From an uncultured Lachnospiraceae bacterium (lineage in GTDB: Bacteria > Bacillota > Clostridia > Lachnospirales > Lachnospiraceae): DNA of 64,000 nucleotides. Positions 8,113 through 18,573 of the stretch are shown one piece after another. Position 1 is the stretch's first letter; every line of letters begins with the position of its first letter. The notes beneath the pieces are model-generated. The model did no database searches, had not been told where the DNA came from, and saw only the letters and a program-made list of their open reading frames with translations. The translations under genes and the position numbers were made by a program. The stretch spans positions 66,367-130,366 of the forward strand of contig CANOVJ010000002.1 of assembly GCA_947570615.1 (NCBI GenBank), read 5' to 3'.

Positions 8113-9145
8113 CGAACAGAATAATCTCAATACATTGAAGATGAGGGAAGTGGTGGCTACTCTCCCATCCTTCTGTAAGCAGTTTTTCCGGGGAATACAG
8201 GAGTATACCTCCTCCCGCACCAGGCTTGCCTACGCCTATGATATCCGGGTTTTTTTTGAGTTTATACATACCGCCAACAGTGCCTGCAGGAGCATGAATA
8301 TCACAGATTTCCCGCTGTCGATTCTGGACATGATTACCCGCGAGGATATCGAGGAATATCTGGAATATATCACTTATTATGTGAAGGACAACAAAGAGTA
8401 CAGTAACAATGAGCGCGGAAAAAAGAGAAAGCTCTCTGCTCTTAAGAGTTTTTATAATTATTTTTTCTGTGAGGAGCTCATAAAGACCAATCCGGCTGCT
8501 CTGGTGCCTCTTCCCAAAGAGCACGAAAAGGAAATCGTCCGCCTGGATATCGACGAGGTCGCTATTTTGCTGGATCAGGTGGAGGAGGGAGATAAACTCA
8601 CCAAAAGCCAGCTCAAATATCATCAGAAAACCAGGCTGCGGGATGTGGCTCTTCTGACGTTACTTCTCGGGACCGGGATACGTGTCTCAGAGTGTGTAGG
8701 CCTTGACATAAACGATGTGGATTTCCGGAATAACGGCATTAAAATAAGAAGAAAGGGCGGCTATGAAACCGTCGTCTATTTCGGCGGGGAGGTGGAGGAA
8801 GCCCTCGGCGATTATCTGGAAAAAAGAAGCCATATGATTCCGCTGCAGGGACATGAGGACGCTCTGTTCCTTTCCCTGCAGAACCGGCGGATCAGCGTCC
8901 GGGCCGTGGAAAATCTGGTGAAAAAATATGCTTCCACTGTGACGAGCCTGAAAAAGATCACCCCGCATAAGCTCAGAAGCACCTATGGCACTGCGCTCTA
9001 TCGCGAGACCGGAGATATCTACCTGGTGGCCGATGTATTGGGCCATAAGGATGTTAATACGACCCGGAAGCACTATGCCGCGCTGGAGGATCAGAGGCGC
9101 AGAAGAGCGGCTAAAGCTGTCCAGCTCCGGGAGAAACAGGACTGA
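8087..9145 (+). CDS. Tyrosine recombinase, Xer family (XerS-like N-terminus)
   Basis: Catalytic set R (GIRVSE), K (RRKG), HxxR (PHKLR), H (LGH), Y (RKHY); 352 aa; no phage or ICE genes nearby. Confidence 0.85.
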   Translation: MENSKNYHDEQNNLNTLKMREVVATLPSFCKQFFRGIQEYTSSRTRLAYAYDIRVFFEFIHTANSACRSMNITDFPLSILDMITREDIEEYLEYITYYVKDNKEYSNNERGKKRKLSALKSFYNYFFCEELIKTNPAALVPLPKEHEKEIVRLDIDEVAILLDQVEEGDKLTKSQLKYHQKTRLRDVALLTLLLGTGIRVSECVGLDINDVDFRNNGIKIRRKGGYETVVYFGGEVEEALGDYLEKRSHMIPLQGHEDALFLSLQNRRISVRAVENLVKKYASTVTSLKKITPHKLRSTYGTALYRETGDIYLVADVLGHKDVNTTRKHYAALEDQRRRRAAKAVQLREKQD

Positions 9146-9527
9146 CAGCAACGTTTCCGGCCGCTGACAGAGGGCGATAATAAGGAAGAATCAGGTACTG
9201 CCCTGCGGCGATATTCTCATCCCGCAGGGAGTTGATCTCCATCACCTCCTCTATATACTCTCCATTGCTTTCGTAATATCGGCGGTCGCCGTATTGGCAG
9301 GCATAGCTCCACAGCGTATCCCCTGTCTGCACCTGGATACTGGTGTAATATTTGGACAATGCTTTGTTTTCGTTGCCCTGAGCCCTGATCCGAAGGCTGA
9401 AAAATGTGGACAGAAAAAGCGCTGTCATCAGCAGGATCAGCGCCCCTGCTCTCCTGCGGCGTTTCAACTCTCTTCTTCTGCGGATTCTGTTATTTTGTAT
9501 CCTCTGTTCACTCAGACTGGTATTCAT
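9111..9527 (-). CDS. yneA: LysM-domain membrane protein, YneA-like SOS cell-division inhibitor
   Basis: Basic N-terminus, one TM helix, LysM (VQTGDTLWSYA...IAAGQYLILP); divergent from lexA. Confidence 0.72.
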   Translation of the reverse strand: MNTSLSEQRIQNNRIRRRRELKRRRRAGALILLMTALFLSTFFSLRIRAQGNENKALSKYYTSIQVQTGDTLWSYACQYGDRRYYESNGEYIEEVMEINSLRDENIAAGQYLILPYYRPLSAAGNVAVSPVSPGAGQL

Positions 9528-9550
9528 CCTGTGTATCTCCCCATAAAACG

Positions 9551-9674
9551 AAATATTTGTTTTGGGAACATGTGTTGCGAACATTTGTTTTTATAACTGA
9601 ATTATACCGAACACACATTCCTGTGTCAATAGATTTTCAGTAAAATATCGAACAAATATTTGGAATATACGTTT
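9551..9674. promoter_or_regulatory. Cluster of LexA (GAAC-N4-GTTC type) operators
   Basis: gaacatgtgttg 9566, gaacatttgttt 9579, gaacacacattc 9609, gaacaaatattt 9650, gaatatacgttt 9663. Confidence 0.75.
9601..9629 (-). promoter_or_regulatory. Sigma-A promoter of the yneA-like gene
   Basis: Minus strand TTGACA-17 bp-TATAAT with an SOS box in the spacer. Confidence 0.8.
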
Positions 9675-9701
9675 GTCTTTTTGGAGGAAATGTGTTATAC
9701 T
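9673..9701 (+). promoter_or_regulatory. Sigma-A promoter of lexA
   Basis: TTGTCT-17 bp-TATACT with TG extended -10. Confidence 0.65.
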
Positions 9702-9739
9702 GAATAAAACCCAGATTACATACGCAAGGGAGGAATACC

Positions 9740-10357
9740 ATGGGATATGGAAAGATAAGCAGTAAACAGCAGGAGATCCTCGATTATATTAAGGAAGAAA
9801 TTTTAAAACGGGGATATCCGCCCTCAGTCCGGGAAATCTGTGAGGCGGTCCACCTTAAGTCAACCTCCTCCGTACACTCTCATCTGGAGACTCTCGAGAA
9901 GAACGGCTACATCCGCAGGGATCCCACCAAGCCCCGCGCCATCGAGATCTGCGACGACAATTTCCAGATGGTCCGTACCGAAATGGTCAGCCTTCCGATT
10001 ATTGGCCGGGTTGCCGCCGGCACGCCGATTCTCGCGGAAGAGAATGTGGAGAGCTATTTTCCGGTTCCGGCGGAAATGGTTCCTCACGGCGAATCCTTCA
10101 TCTTAAATGTGAAGGGCGATTCCATGATCAATGCAGGCATCCTCAGCGGGGACAGGATCTTTGTCAACGCCTGCTCTGCCGCGCACAATGGCGATATGGT
10201 GGTAGCGCTGATCGATGATTCGGCGACGGTTAAGACCTTTTACAGGGAGGATGGACATATTCGCCTGCAGCCGGAAAATGATACCATGGATCCGATTATT
10301 GTGGACGACTGCCAGATCCTTGGGAAGGTTTTCGGCGTATTCCGCCTGTTTCATTGA
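9740..10357 (+). CDS. lexA: SOS repressor LexA
   Basis: GYPPSVREI wHTH, VAAG autocleavage site, GDSM (Ser), ATVK (Lys). Confidence 0.96.
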   Translation: MGYGKISSKQQEILDYIKEEILKRGYPPSVREICEAVHLKSTSSVHSHLETLEKNGYIRRDPTKPRAIEICDDNFQMVRTEMVSLPIIGRVAAGTPILAEENVESYFPVPAEMVPHGESFILNVKGDSMINAGILSGDRIFVNACSAAHNGDMVVALIDDSATVKTFYREDGHIRLQPENDTMDPIIVDDCQILGKVFGVFRLFH

Positions 10358-10511
10358 AATTTTAAGCGAAACCTTTCAATAAAATTTTCAATGAAATAAT
10401 AACCTGAAATCCCATTTAGTGGACAACTCCGCCTCCGTATAATATCTTCAATATGGGCGAAAATAAAACTGATGGCTCACAGCCTTAAAAAGATTTATGG
10501 AGGTGCAGAAA

Positions 10512-10736
10512 ATGAACAATAAATGTCTCGACTGCATCGCACTTACAATCGCCATTATAGGTGCGGTCAACTGGGGGTTAATCGGATTCTTTTCCTTTGA
10601 CCTGGTGTCCTTTATCTTTGGTAATATGTCATGGATTGCAAGAATCGTCTATGCGCTTGTGGGAATCAGCGGCCTTTACCTGCTTACATTCTATATGTAC
10701 GCGGGAGGCACGGCCCGGACACGGGAAGAAAGCTAA
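10512..10736 (+). CDS. DUF378 family small membrane protein
   Basis: IIGAVNWGLIGFF.FDLV...RIVYALVGISGL signature. Confidence 0.85.
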   Translation: MNNKCLDCIALTIAIIGAVNWGLIGFFSFDLVSFIFGNMSWIARIVYALVGISGLYLLTFYMYAGGTARTREES

Positions 10737-10748
10737 AGGATTTGAAAT

Positions 10749-10832
10749 GGATCTGCAAATCCGGCAAAGAGAAATCCGGCAGAGATACCGTTCTTTGCCG
10801 GACGGATTCTCTGTCGGGTTTGTGGCAGATCC
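10749..10832. terminator. Long nested hairpin between convergent genes
   Basis: ggatctgc...gcagatcc outer arms; tccggcagaga/tctttgccgga inner stem. Confidence 0.55.
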
Positions 10833-10838
10833 GGATTG

Positions 10839-11249
10839 TTATTTTTTCAATTCTTCAATATCAATGGTTTTTCCATCGAACCAGAGTCTCTCCAGATCAT
10901 AAAAGAGACGGTTTTCCTTATCGAAAATATGGATGATGATATCCCCGAAATCCAGCAGCACCCAGTTGGCGTTGTGATAGCCTTCCTTCTGCTTCAGGGG
11001 ATAGCCTGCCCTTCCCAGGGTTTCCTCCACCTCGTCTGAGAGCGTCTGGATCTGATTTCTGTTGTTGCCGTTCGCAATGATGAAATAGTCTGCGATCACG
11101 GAAACCTGGCTGATATCAATGACGCGGATATCCTCCGCCTTCTTCTCCTCCAGCGCATGGATGGCCGTCCGGGCCATCTTCTTTACCTGTGTATGCAGTG
11201 AATCCGAAGGGTGCTCTATCGGTTGGTTTTTTTCGGATGATTCTGACAT
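10839..11249 (-). CDS. rsfS: Ribosome silencing factor
   Basis: KKAEDI, ADYFIIANG, WVLLDFGDIIIHIF, FYDLERLW; RBS aggaggt. Confidence 0.92.
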   Translation of the reverse strand: MSESSEKNQPIEHPSDSLHTQVKKMARTAIHALEEKKAEDIRVIDISQVSVIADYFIIANGNNRNQIQTLSDEVEETLGRAGYPLKQKEGYHNANWVLLDFGDIIIHIFDKENRLFYDLERLWFDGKTIDIEELKK

Positions 11250-11851
11250 TTTTTACCTCCTGCTTTCGCATCTTCAATCTGATCGGTTACATAATAGTCG
11301 TAGGTCGCCTGCGTCATGGGATCAAAAGGGAAATCCATACCCTGCAGGTAATCCAGCGTATCCTTAAGGATCTGTAAAAGCGCCCTGTCGATATCCTGAA
11401 AGGCGAGTCTGCGTATGGCGGACAGGCCCGGGGCCTGCTTTCTTCCGGGTTCGATATAATCGGAAATATAGATAATCTTCTCAAGGCGGGACATTCCCGG
11501 CCTTCCGGTCGTGTGATTTCTGATCGCATTCAGAATATCCTCGTCATGGATGTGATATTTTTTCCGGGCGATATAGCTTCCCACCTTTGCATGCAGAAGA
11601 AAGGGGTTCTGACGCTCCACCTCAGTTACGGGGATCCGGTGCTTTTCACAGATTTCCAGCTTCTTTTCATTACTCATACATTTGGCGCAGTCGTGCAGCA
11701 TTCCGGCCAGAAGGGCCCTCTCGGCATCCTCCTGATGACACATGGCAAGGGAGGATGCCGTGTAGGCCACCCCCAGGGTGTGTTCAAAACGTTTCGCATC
11801 CAGTTCCTTTTCCAGCCTGTGACGGATTTTTTTCAGATCGATCTCTTTCAT
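11216..11851 (-). CDS. yqeK: HD-domain Ap4A hydrolase YqeK
   Basis: RFEHTLGV, LLAGMLHDCAK, HTTG, YISDYIEPGR; follows nadD. Confidence 0.9.
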   Translation of the reverse strand: MKEIDLKKIRHRLEKELDAKRFEHTLGVAYTASSLAMCHQEDAERALLAGMLHDCAKCMSNEKKLEICEKHRIPVTEVERQNPFLLHAKVGSYIARKKYHIHDEDILNAIRNHTTGRPGMSRLEKIIYISDYIEPGRKQAPGLSAIRRLAFQDIDRALLQILKDTLDYLQGMDFPFDPMTQATYDYYVTDQIEDAKAGGKKCQNHPKKTNR

Positions 11852-11865
11852 AACGCCTCCCACCC

Positions 11866-12570
11866 TTATCGATAAAGTCCGTTTTTATTGATAAATTCCA
11901 GCACGTTTTCGGGGAGCATATAGCGGACAGACCTTCCCTCCCGAAGCCGGGTTCTGATTTCCGTGGAGGAAAGATCAATCCGCCTTCCCGGAAGAAGCCT
12001 GATATCGGCCTGATATTTCTGCCGAAGGTGCGCCGCCATGCCCTCCACCGTATTTGGCGCTTCCTTCTTACCGCCGCCCTCCACCCGCATGGCGGCCGCA
12101 ATCGCACAGTTTTGAAAAATAAATTCCGGATTCCTCCACTTTTCCAGGATAAAGAGATTGTCCGCCCCGAGGATCAGATAATATCGGATATCCGGATTTT
12201 CCGCCCGCAGTCCGGCAAGGGTATCGCATGTATAGGTGGGTCCCTCTCTCTCGAGCTCTCTGGCTGAAAAGGAAAAGCATGGATTCCCTTCTATGGCCAG
12301 TCTGGTCATATGGGCCCGTATCTGTCCGTCCAGAATGGCGGAGGCATCCTTCATATACGAGTTCCCGCTGGGCATAAAAATAATCCGGTCGAGCCCTAAC
12401 GCCTCCCGGGCCATCTCGGCAAGCAGCAGATGGCCGTTGTGGACGGGATTGAAGGTTCCTCCCATAATTCCCACGTTTCTGACGGCGGGGATATGCTGAA
12501 TATCGGTTTCAGGACAGACCTGCCAGGCAGGCTGTGTGTTATTGCGGATCGCCTTATTCTGGCAGTTCAA
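11866..12570 (-). CDS. nadD: Nicotinate-nucleotide adenylyltransferase
   Basis: GGTFNPVHNGH, TYTCDTL, GADNL, LSSTEIR. Confidence 0.92.
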   Translation of the reverse strand: MNCQNKAIRNNTQPAWQVCPETDIQHIPAVRNVGIMGGTFNPVHNGHLLLAEMAREALGLDRIIFMPSGNSYMKDASAILDGQIRAHMTRLAIEGNPCFSFSARELEREGPTYTCDTLAGLRAENPDIRYYLILGADNLFILEKWRNPEFIFQNCAIAAAMRVEGGGKKEAPNTVEGMAAHLRQKYQADIRLLPGRRIDLSSTEIRTRLREGRSVRYMLPENVLEFINKNGLYR

Positions 12571-12844
12571 TTTTTTTGTGCTCCCTGCTTTCTTTATATA
12601 ATACGATTTTACGGCCGATCACCTGCACCACCGCAGAGCCTGTCCGGTCGGCGATAAAGCCCGCAATCTGCCTGGGATCCTCCATACAGTTTTTAAGCAC
12701 GGAGAGCTTGACAAGCTCTCTGGTATTGAAGGTTTCCCGGACCGCCTCCGTCACCTCCGGCGTCAGCCCGGATTTGCCGATCGCAAAGACCGGCTCCAGG
12801 CCCGCGGCCAGTCCTTTTAAATATGCCCGCTGTTTTGTCGTCAT
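12554..12844 (-). CDS. yhbY: RNA-binding protein YhbY (CRM domain)
   Basis: KQRAYLKGLA, IGKSG, RELVK, VQVIGRKIVLY. Confidence 0.92.
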   Translation of the reverse strand: MTTKQRAYLKGLAAGLEPVFAIGKSGLTPEVTEAVRETFNTRELVKLSVLKNCMEDPRQIAGFIADRTGSAVVQVIGRKIVLYKESREHKKIELPE

Positions 12845-12853
12845 TGATCTCTC

Positions 12854-14198
<1,345 letters not shown>

Positions 14199-14210
14199 TA
14201 TTGTAAAAAG

Positions 14211-14242
14211 AGGCTTCAAACAAGAAATACTGTTTGAAGCCT
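14211..14242 (-). terminator. Intrinsic terminator after rpmA
   Basis: aggcttcaaaca-8 nt-tgtttgaagcct with a T-run following on the minus strand. Confidence 0.7.
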
Positions 14243-14293
14243 GCCCGTTGCTTAACCTGGAAATATCCGGAAAAGCCGGATCTCCATCGTCTG

Positions 14294-14578
14294 TTATTTT
14301 TCTACAGGATATACGGAAGCCTGTTTCTTGTCTCTTCCTTTTCTCTCGAATCTGAGAACTCCGTCAACCAACGCAAACAATGTATCGTCGCCGCCACGTC
14401 CTACGTTTGTGCCGGGATGGATCTTCGTTCCGCGCTGCCTGTACAAAATATTTCCTGCCTTTACGAACTGGCCGTCGGCTCTCTTGGCGCCAAGTCGCTT
14501 GGACTCGGAATCTCTGCCGTTCTTGGTGGAACCAACACCTTTTTTATGAGCAAAAAATTGAAGGTTCAGCTTTAACAT
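14294..14578 (-). CDS. rpmA: 50S ribosomal protein L27 (with N-terminal pro-peptide)
   Basis: [24 protein letters not shown]. Confidence 0.98.
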   Translation of the reverse strand: MLKLNLQFFAHKKGVGSTKNGRDSESKRLGAKRADGQFVKAGNILYRQRGTKIHPGTNVGRGGDDTLFALVDGVLRFERKGRDKKQASVYPVEK

Positions 14579-14581
14579 GAT

Positions 14582-14911
14582 TTACACCTCCTTAAATTTC
14601 AGTCTTAAAAACTTTTTGCCGTACTGCTCTGCGACGCTCTGCAATCCCAGAACCATGGAATCGAGAAGAAGTCTGCCGCCTGCGTCGGGGCCGCCTGTAA
14701 AACGGCACCGGATCAGTCCACGCTTCCGGTCGCTTACGGTCTCCATCTGCGTATCCGTCAGCTTCTCCAGAGAATTGACGGTATTGATCACCAGCACGGA
14801 GACGGCGCTGCACACAATGTCGCTCCCCGCCTGTGCAAATCCCGCATGGCCCTCACAGATCATCTCCCTGTATTCCCCGTCTGTGGATCTGATTATGGTA
14901 ATAACAGTCAT
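14582..14911 (-). CDS. prp: Ribosomal-processing cysteine protease Prp
   Basis: GHAG and DIVCSAVS motifs, located between rplU and rpmA. Confidence 0.92.
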   Translation of the reverse strand: MTVITIIRSTDGEYREMICEGHAGFAQAGSDIVCSAVSVLVINTVNSLEKLTDTQMETVSDRKRGLIRCRFTGGPDAGGRLLLDSMVLGLQSVAEQYGKKFLRLKFKEV

Positions 14912-14917
14912 ACTCTT

Positions 14918-15223
14918 TTAAGCGTTGATCTTTTCAATCTTAACCTGTGTGTATGCCTGCCTGTGACCGTTTTTCTTATGATAACCGGTTTTTCTCTTAT
15001 ACTTGTAGACAATAACCTTGCGGCCTCTGCCCTGCTCGATCACAGATGCAGTCACGCTGGAATTGGCTACGTCGCCGGCAACCTTAAGCTCATTGTCGCT
15101 GATTGCGACAACCTGATCAAATGTCACAGTATCTCCCGGCTGTGCGTCGAGCTTTTCAACCTTAAGCACATCGCCCTCACAAACCTTATACTGCTTTCCA
15201 CCTGTTGCAATGATTGCGTACAT
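14918..15223 (-). CDS. rplU: 50S ribosomal protein L21
   Basis: MYAIIATGGKQYKV...GHRQAYT. Confidence 0.98.
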   Translation of the reverse strand: MYAIIATGGKQYKVCEGDVLKVEKLDAQPGDTVTFDQVVAISDNELKVAGDVANSSVTASVIEQGRGRKVIVYKYKRKTGYHKKNGHRQAYTQVKIEKINA

Positions 15224-15231
15224 ATGGCACC

Positions 15232-15327
15232 TCCTATACTAACCAGCCAAAGCCGGTTTTACTCGCTGACTGCGGCGGTTTTCGAAAAACGCCAAAAACA
15301 CTTAAGCCCCGTCATGCGGCATACTCA
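15232..15327 (-). promoter_or_regulatory. Probable L21 leader (structured 5' UTR of rplU)
   Basis: ~95-nt UTR between promoter and RBS, with gccgc...gcgagt elements; L21 leaders are known at this position in Firmicutes. Confidence 0.5.
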
Positions 15328-15330
15328 TAG

Positions 15331-15360
15331 AATATAGCATATTACAGTATATTCTGTCAA
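15331..15360 (-). promoter_or_regulatory. Sigma-A promoter of the rplU operon
   Basis: TTGACA-18 bp-TATATT with TG extension. Confidence 0.7.
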
Positions 15361-15363
15361 GAA

Positions 15364-15410
15364 AATTCCCCGGAAAAAACCTCTTTTTGCCAAAAGTTTT
15401 CCGGGGAATT
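15364..15410 (-). terminator. Terminator after the LacI gene
   Basis: aattccccggaaaa...ttttccggggaatt perfect 14-bp arms. Confidence 0.7.
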
Positions 15411-15427
15411 GTCAGAACCCTTCCCAT

Positions 15428-16462
15428 TCATCTGTTGTTCTCAGGGCAGCTCTCCTGGTAGCTGAAGCAGGCCGGTATCACCTGCATGGAGGGCATCTGG
15501 GCGTCGTTCTGGCCGTTGATTTTATCCAGTACCATTTTCAGACAGGCGGCCATCATATCCTCCACATTGATGTGGAGCATGGTCTGGCTTGGATAGAGCT
15601 CTCTTCCCAGTCTTTCGTCCCCATATGTCACAAGCTCTATCTGCTCCGGAATCCTGATTCCCCTGCGCAGCAGAATGTTCAGAAAGCCCATCAGGATATT
15701 GGAGTCCGTTATGAATACAGCTCCCGGAAGACCTGCCTCCATCATCTGCACACAGGCGGCCTTTCCGCCTTCGATATCAAGCGGGTCCTCCCTGATATAC
15801 TCCTGTCTGACATTCAGGCCGCATCCCTCGCACCCGTCGAGAAAGCCTGCCGCCAGCAGCGTATCCGCCTTGCTTCTCTTCTGATTCTGCAAAAGGCCGA
15901 CCTCATGCCAACCATGCCTCGCAAACAGATATGCCACCTTTTTTCCCGCCTCATAGTTATCCACATACACGGAGCTGTACTTTTCGTTGGGCCTGTTAAA
16001 GAGCACCACCGGCACGTCAAACTCGCTCTCCAGCAGGAAAAGCATGTCCTTCTCGGATAAACCGTTCACGATCACGCCGCCGCAGTATTTCCTGGAAAAG
16101 AGCTCCCTCCTGCCCTCCAGATCGTTCAGCAGATAGTGCTGCATCACAATATCAATCTGCAGCCCCTCCTCCAGCAGAACGCGCTGTAACCCGTAGATCA
16201 CTCTTCCCATTACAACCTTTGTCCGCTCCTCAAAAGGGCTGAACACATATATTTTCAGCCGCTCAGTCTGTCTGCGGTTTACGATCTGTTCCCTTCTGAA
16301 GCCATACGAAACGGCCTCCCGCAGGATTCTCTCCTGCGTCGCCTGCGAAATACGTAAAACATCCCCTTTTCCATTCAATACCATAGATATCGTCCCTGAG
16401 GACAGATTCATCCGTTCGGCAAGCGCTTTCACACTGATGGTCATGCCATTTTTTTTGGACAT
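15428..16462 (-). CDS. LacI-family transcriptional regulator
   Basis: N-terminal HTH (SVKALAERMNLSSGTISMVLNG...ISQATQERI); periplasmic-binding-like core (PVVLFNR, SVYVDNYEAG). Confidence 0.85.
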   Translation of the reverse strand: MSKKNGMTISVKALAERMNLSSGTISMVLNGKGDVLRISQATQERILREAVSYGFRREQIVNRRQTERLKIYVFSPFEERTKVVMGRVIYGLQRVLLEEGLQIDIVMQHYLLNDLEGRRELFSRKYCGGVIVNGLSEKDMLFLLESEFDVPVVLFNRPNEKYSSVYVDNYEAGKKVAYLFARHGWHEVGLLQNQKRSKADTLLAAGFLDGCEGCGLNVRQEYIREDPLDIEGGKAACVQMMEAGLPGAVFITDSNILMGFLNILLRRGIRIPEQIELVTYGDERLGRELYPSQTMLHINVEDMMAACLKMVLDKINGQNDAQMPSMQVIPACFSYQESCPENNR

Positions 16463-16556
16463 TATTATACCTGCCTGTTCCTATATGCTATGAATCAGGA
16501 ACGTCTCATAATCAACAATCCCGTAGTCCTATTGTAAGACATACAGCAGATTTGTG

Positions 16557-17789
16557 TCAAGTTTCATCCTTCTTTCGCCCAAAATCTGCCGATTTCATAA
16601 AGTGAAGCAAATATATTACACAAATCAGAGCCATCGGGGCGATATAGCACAGATACATTCCTCCATAGCCACAGCGGGCGATGAGACGGCCGGCCGCCAC
16701 GGTGGACACGCCCTGCCCCAAATCCGTCCCGATATAATAGGTGCTCGAGGCCGATCCTCTTCGTCCGCTTTCCACAGACTTTAAGCAGTTCGCCTGAATC
16801 GCCGGCTGAAGAAGCCCTACGCCGGAGGCCTTCAAGACAGCCGCGGCGGCAAAGCACAATGCCGCAGGCAGTATAATCTCTCCGGCGTTTGCGAGAAATA
16901 TAAGCGCCAGAATAATCAGAAGCGATCCGGGATAAAGCGCCCAGGCAAAGCCATGCGCATCCGTCACCCTGCCGAAAAGAATCCGGGAGAAGAAAAGGAC
17001 GGCGGCGCTGAGCGTGAAATACCACCCGATGCCTGAAAGCGCAAGCTCCCCCGCGTAGCTGGCGATGTAGCTCGTCTCGATTCCGTTGACGGCGGACAGG
17101 GCCACCGTCATAAGCGCATAGGGCAGAGCCTCTCGTGCAATCAGCTGGCCGGGAGAAAATTTCTGGTTTCCCCGCGTTTTTGCCCCGCCCGCTCCCGGCA
17201 GCGCAGAGAGAACCAGAACCGCCGCCAGGAGCAGAAACAATGCCGCCCCATAAAAAGGAATCGCACTGGAATGTGCGCCGGAGAGGGCAAGCCCGATTCC
17301 TGGTCCAATGGCGGCCGCGAGGGACTGACCAACCCCAAAATAGCCAAGCCCTTCTCCGATCCGGTTCTGCGGGATAAACTCAGACACATAAGCCATTGTA
17401 ACCGTAGTTACAATGCCGAAGGAAATTCCCTGGAGGATCCGGAGAATATAAAACACAGGGATGGACGATGAAAAGCCGTATCCCAACATTACCGCCATGT
17501 AAAGCCCAAGGAAGCATAAAAGCAGTCTTTTTCTGGAGAAATAATCGCTCACAAAACCGCTGAAAGGACGGATACACATGGAAGCAATGGACATTGTCCC
17601 CAGGATATTTCCCACCGAAACCACAGCGATATTTTTCTGCGCCAGAAATCCGGCCATCAGCGTGTTCGTCATATATAAGGTCATGGAAACCAGCAGATTA
17701 ACCAGAAAAAGCGTAATATAGCAGGCATTCCACAGCCTGCCGGCGTCGGGATTGCCGCCCTGGTTGCTGTTTGTCGCTGTCAAATTCAC
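16557..17789 (-). CDS. MFS transporter
   Basis: ~12 TM segments, GFVSDYFSRKR motif A, LRILQG, GRVTDAHG. Confidence 0.87.
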   Translation of the reverse strand: MNLTATNSNQGGNPDAGRLWNACYITLFLVNLLVSMTLYMTNTLMAGFLAQKNIAVVSVGNILGTMSIASMCIRPFSGFVSDYFSRKRLLLCFLGLYMAVMLGYGFSSSIPVFYILRILQGISFGIVTTVTMAYVSEFIPQNRIGEGLGYFGVGQSLAAAIGPGIGLALSGAHSSAIPFYGAALFLLLAAVLVLSALPGAGGAKTRGNQKFSPGQLIAREALPYALMTVALSAVNGIETSYIASYAGELALSGIGWYFTLSAAVLFFSRILFGRVTDAHGFAWALYPGSLLIILALIFLANAGEIILPAALCFAAAAVLKASGVGLLQPAIQANCLKSVESGRRGSASSTYYIGTDLGQGVSTVAAGRLIARCGYGGMYLCYIAPMALICVIYLLHFMKSADFGRKKDET

Positions 17790-18559
17790 ACTCTGATCTC
17801 CTCCTTGTGCTCAAGGAACCATATCATAAATTTTTCCAGTTGCGGATCCCACAGGTCATAGCTGTGCCCTCCCGGAAGGGACTGCCACAGCACCCTCATG
17901 CCGAGCTCCTTACAATATTCCACCGTCTCGACCATGGCGTCGTAGGCGATCGCATCCTCCGTTCCGCACAGGGTATAGAACACCGGAAGATCCTGTCCGG
18001 ATGCGGCGGCCTGCCTGGCAAGGTGGAGCAGATCGTACTGCGTGCCGGCGAGCTTTGTCAGATTGGCCGTCCCAAACCTTCTTTTATGGGGCTCGTCAAA
18101 AGACGGTCCGAAATCCGCTTTTAAAATACTTCCCCCGGAGAAGGGGGCGACGGCGGCGTAAAGCTCCGGATGGGTAAAACCCAGCTTCCAGGAGCCGAAA
18201 CCGCCCATGGAGCCTCCCGCCGCGATACTGTTCTCCTTTTTAAAGACCAGTCCCAGCAGATCGCTCAGATACGCCGGCAGCTCCAGGGTAACATAATCCA
18301 GATACCGTCCCATCTGCATATTGGAGTAAAAGCTCCCTTCCACAGAGGGAAGCACCACGACAAAGCCGTGTCTGACGGCGTAGCTCTCCACATTGGTGCA
18401 GCGCAGCACCTTCTCGCTGTCTTCTCCTCCCGCATGGAGAAACCAGAGCACATTGCACTCCTTCTGTCCGCTCTCGAGGAGCCGGTCCGGTATGATTACA
18501 TGGAATTCGTTGGATTTTGCCAGCATTTTTGAATAATAATTAATTTCTAATAAAGCCAT
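17786..18559 (-). CDS. Alpha/beta-hydrolase esterase (putative esterase family) 2
   Basis: LWFLHAGG, GGSMGG nucleophile elbow, CGTED (Asp), GGHSYDLW (His). Confidence 0.82.
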   Translation of the reverse strand: MALLEINYYSKMLAKSNEFHVIIPDRLLESGQKECNVLWFLHAGGEDSEKVLRCTNVESYAVRHGFVVVLPSVEGSFYSNMQMGRYLDYVTLELPAYLSDLLGLVFKKENSIAAGGSMGGFGSWKLGFTHPELYAAVAPFSGGSILKADFGPSFDEPHKRRFGTANLTKLAGTQYDLLHLARQAAASGQDLPVFYTLCGTEDAIAYDAMVETVEYCKELGMRVLWQSLPGGHSYDLWDPQLEKFMIWFLEHKEEIRV

Positions 18560-18573
18560 ATCTCTCCCCTTTC

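Noticed and set aside
8087-9145. Recombinase as prophage or ICE integrase
   Set aside because: No phage, conjugation or excisionase genes, no att-like direct repeats or tRNA nearby; flanked by core genes
10437-10465. Sigma-F/G-like promoter before the DUF378 gene
   Set aside because: GTATA and GGCGAAAATA are 14 bp apart, off the usual spacing; too weak to report
11216-11249. Possible frameshift causing the yqeK/rsfS overlap
   Set aside because: Both proteins are complete and rsfS has a strong RBS; a 34-bp overlap is unremarkable without read data
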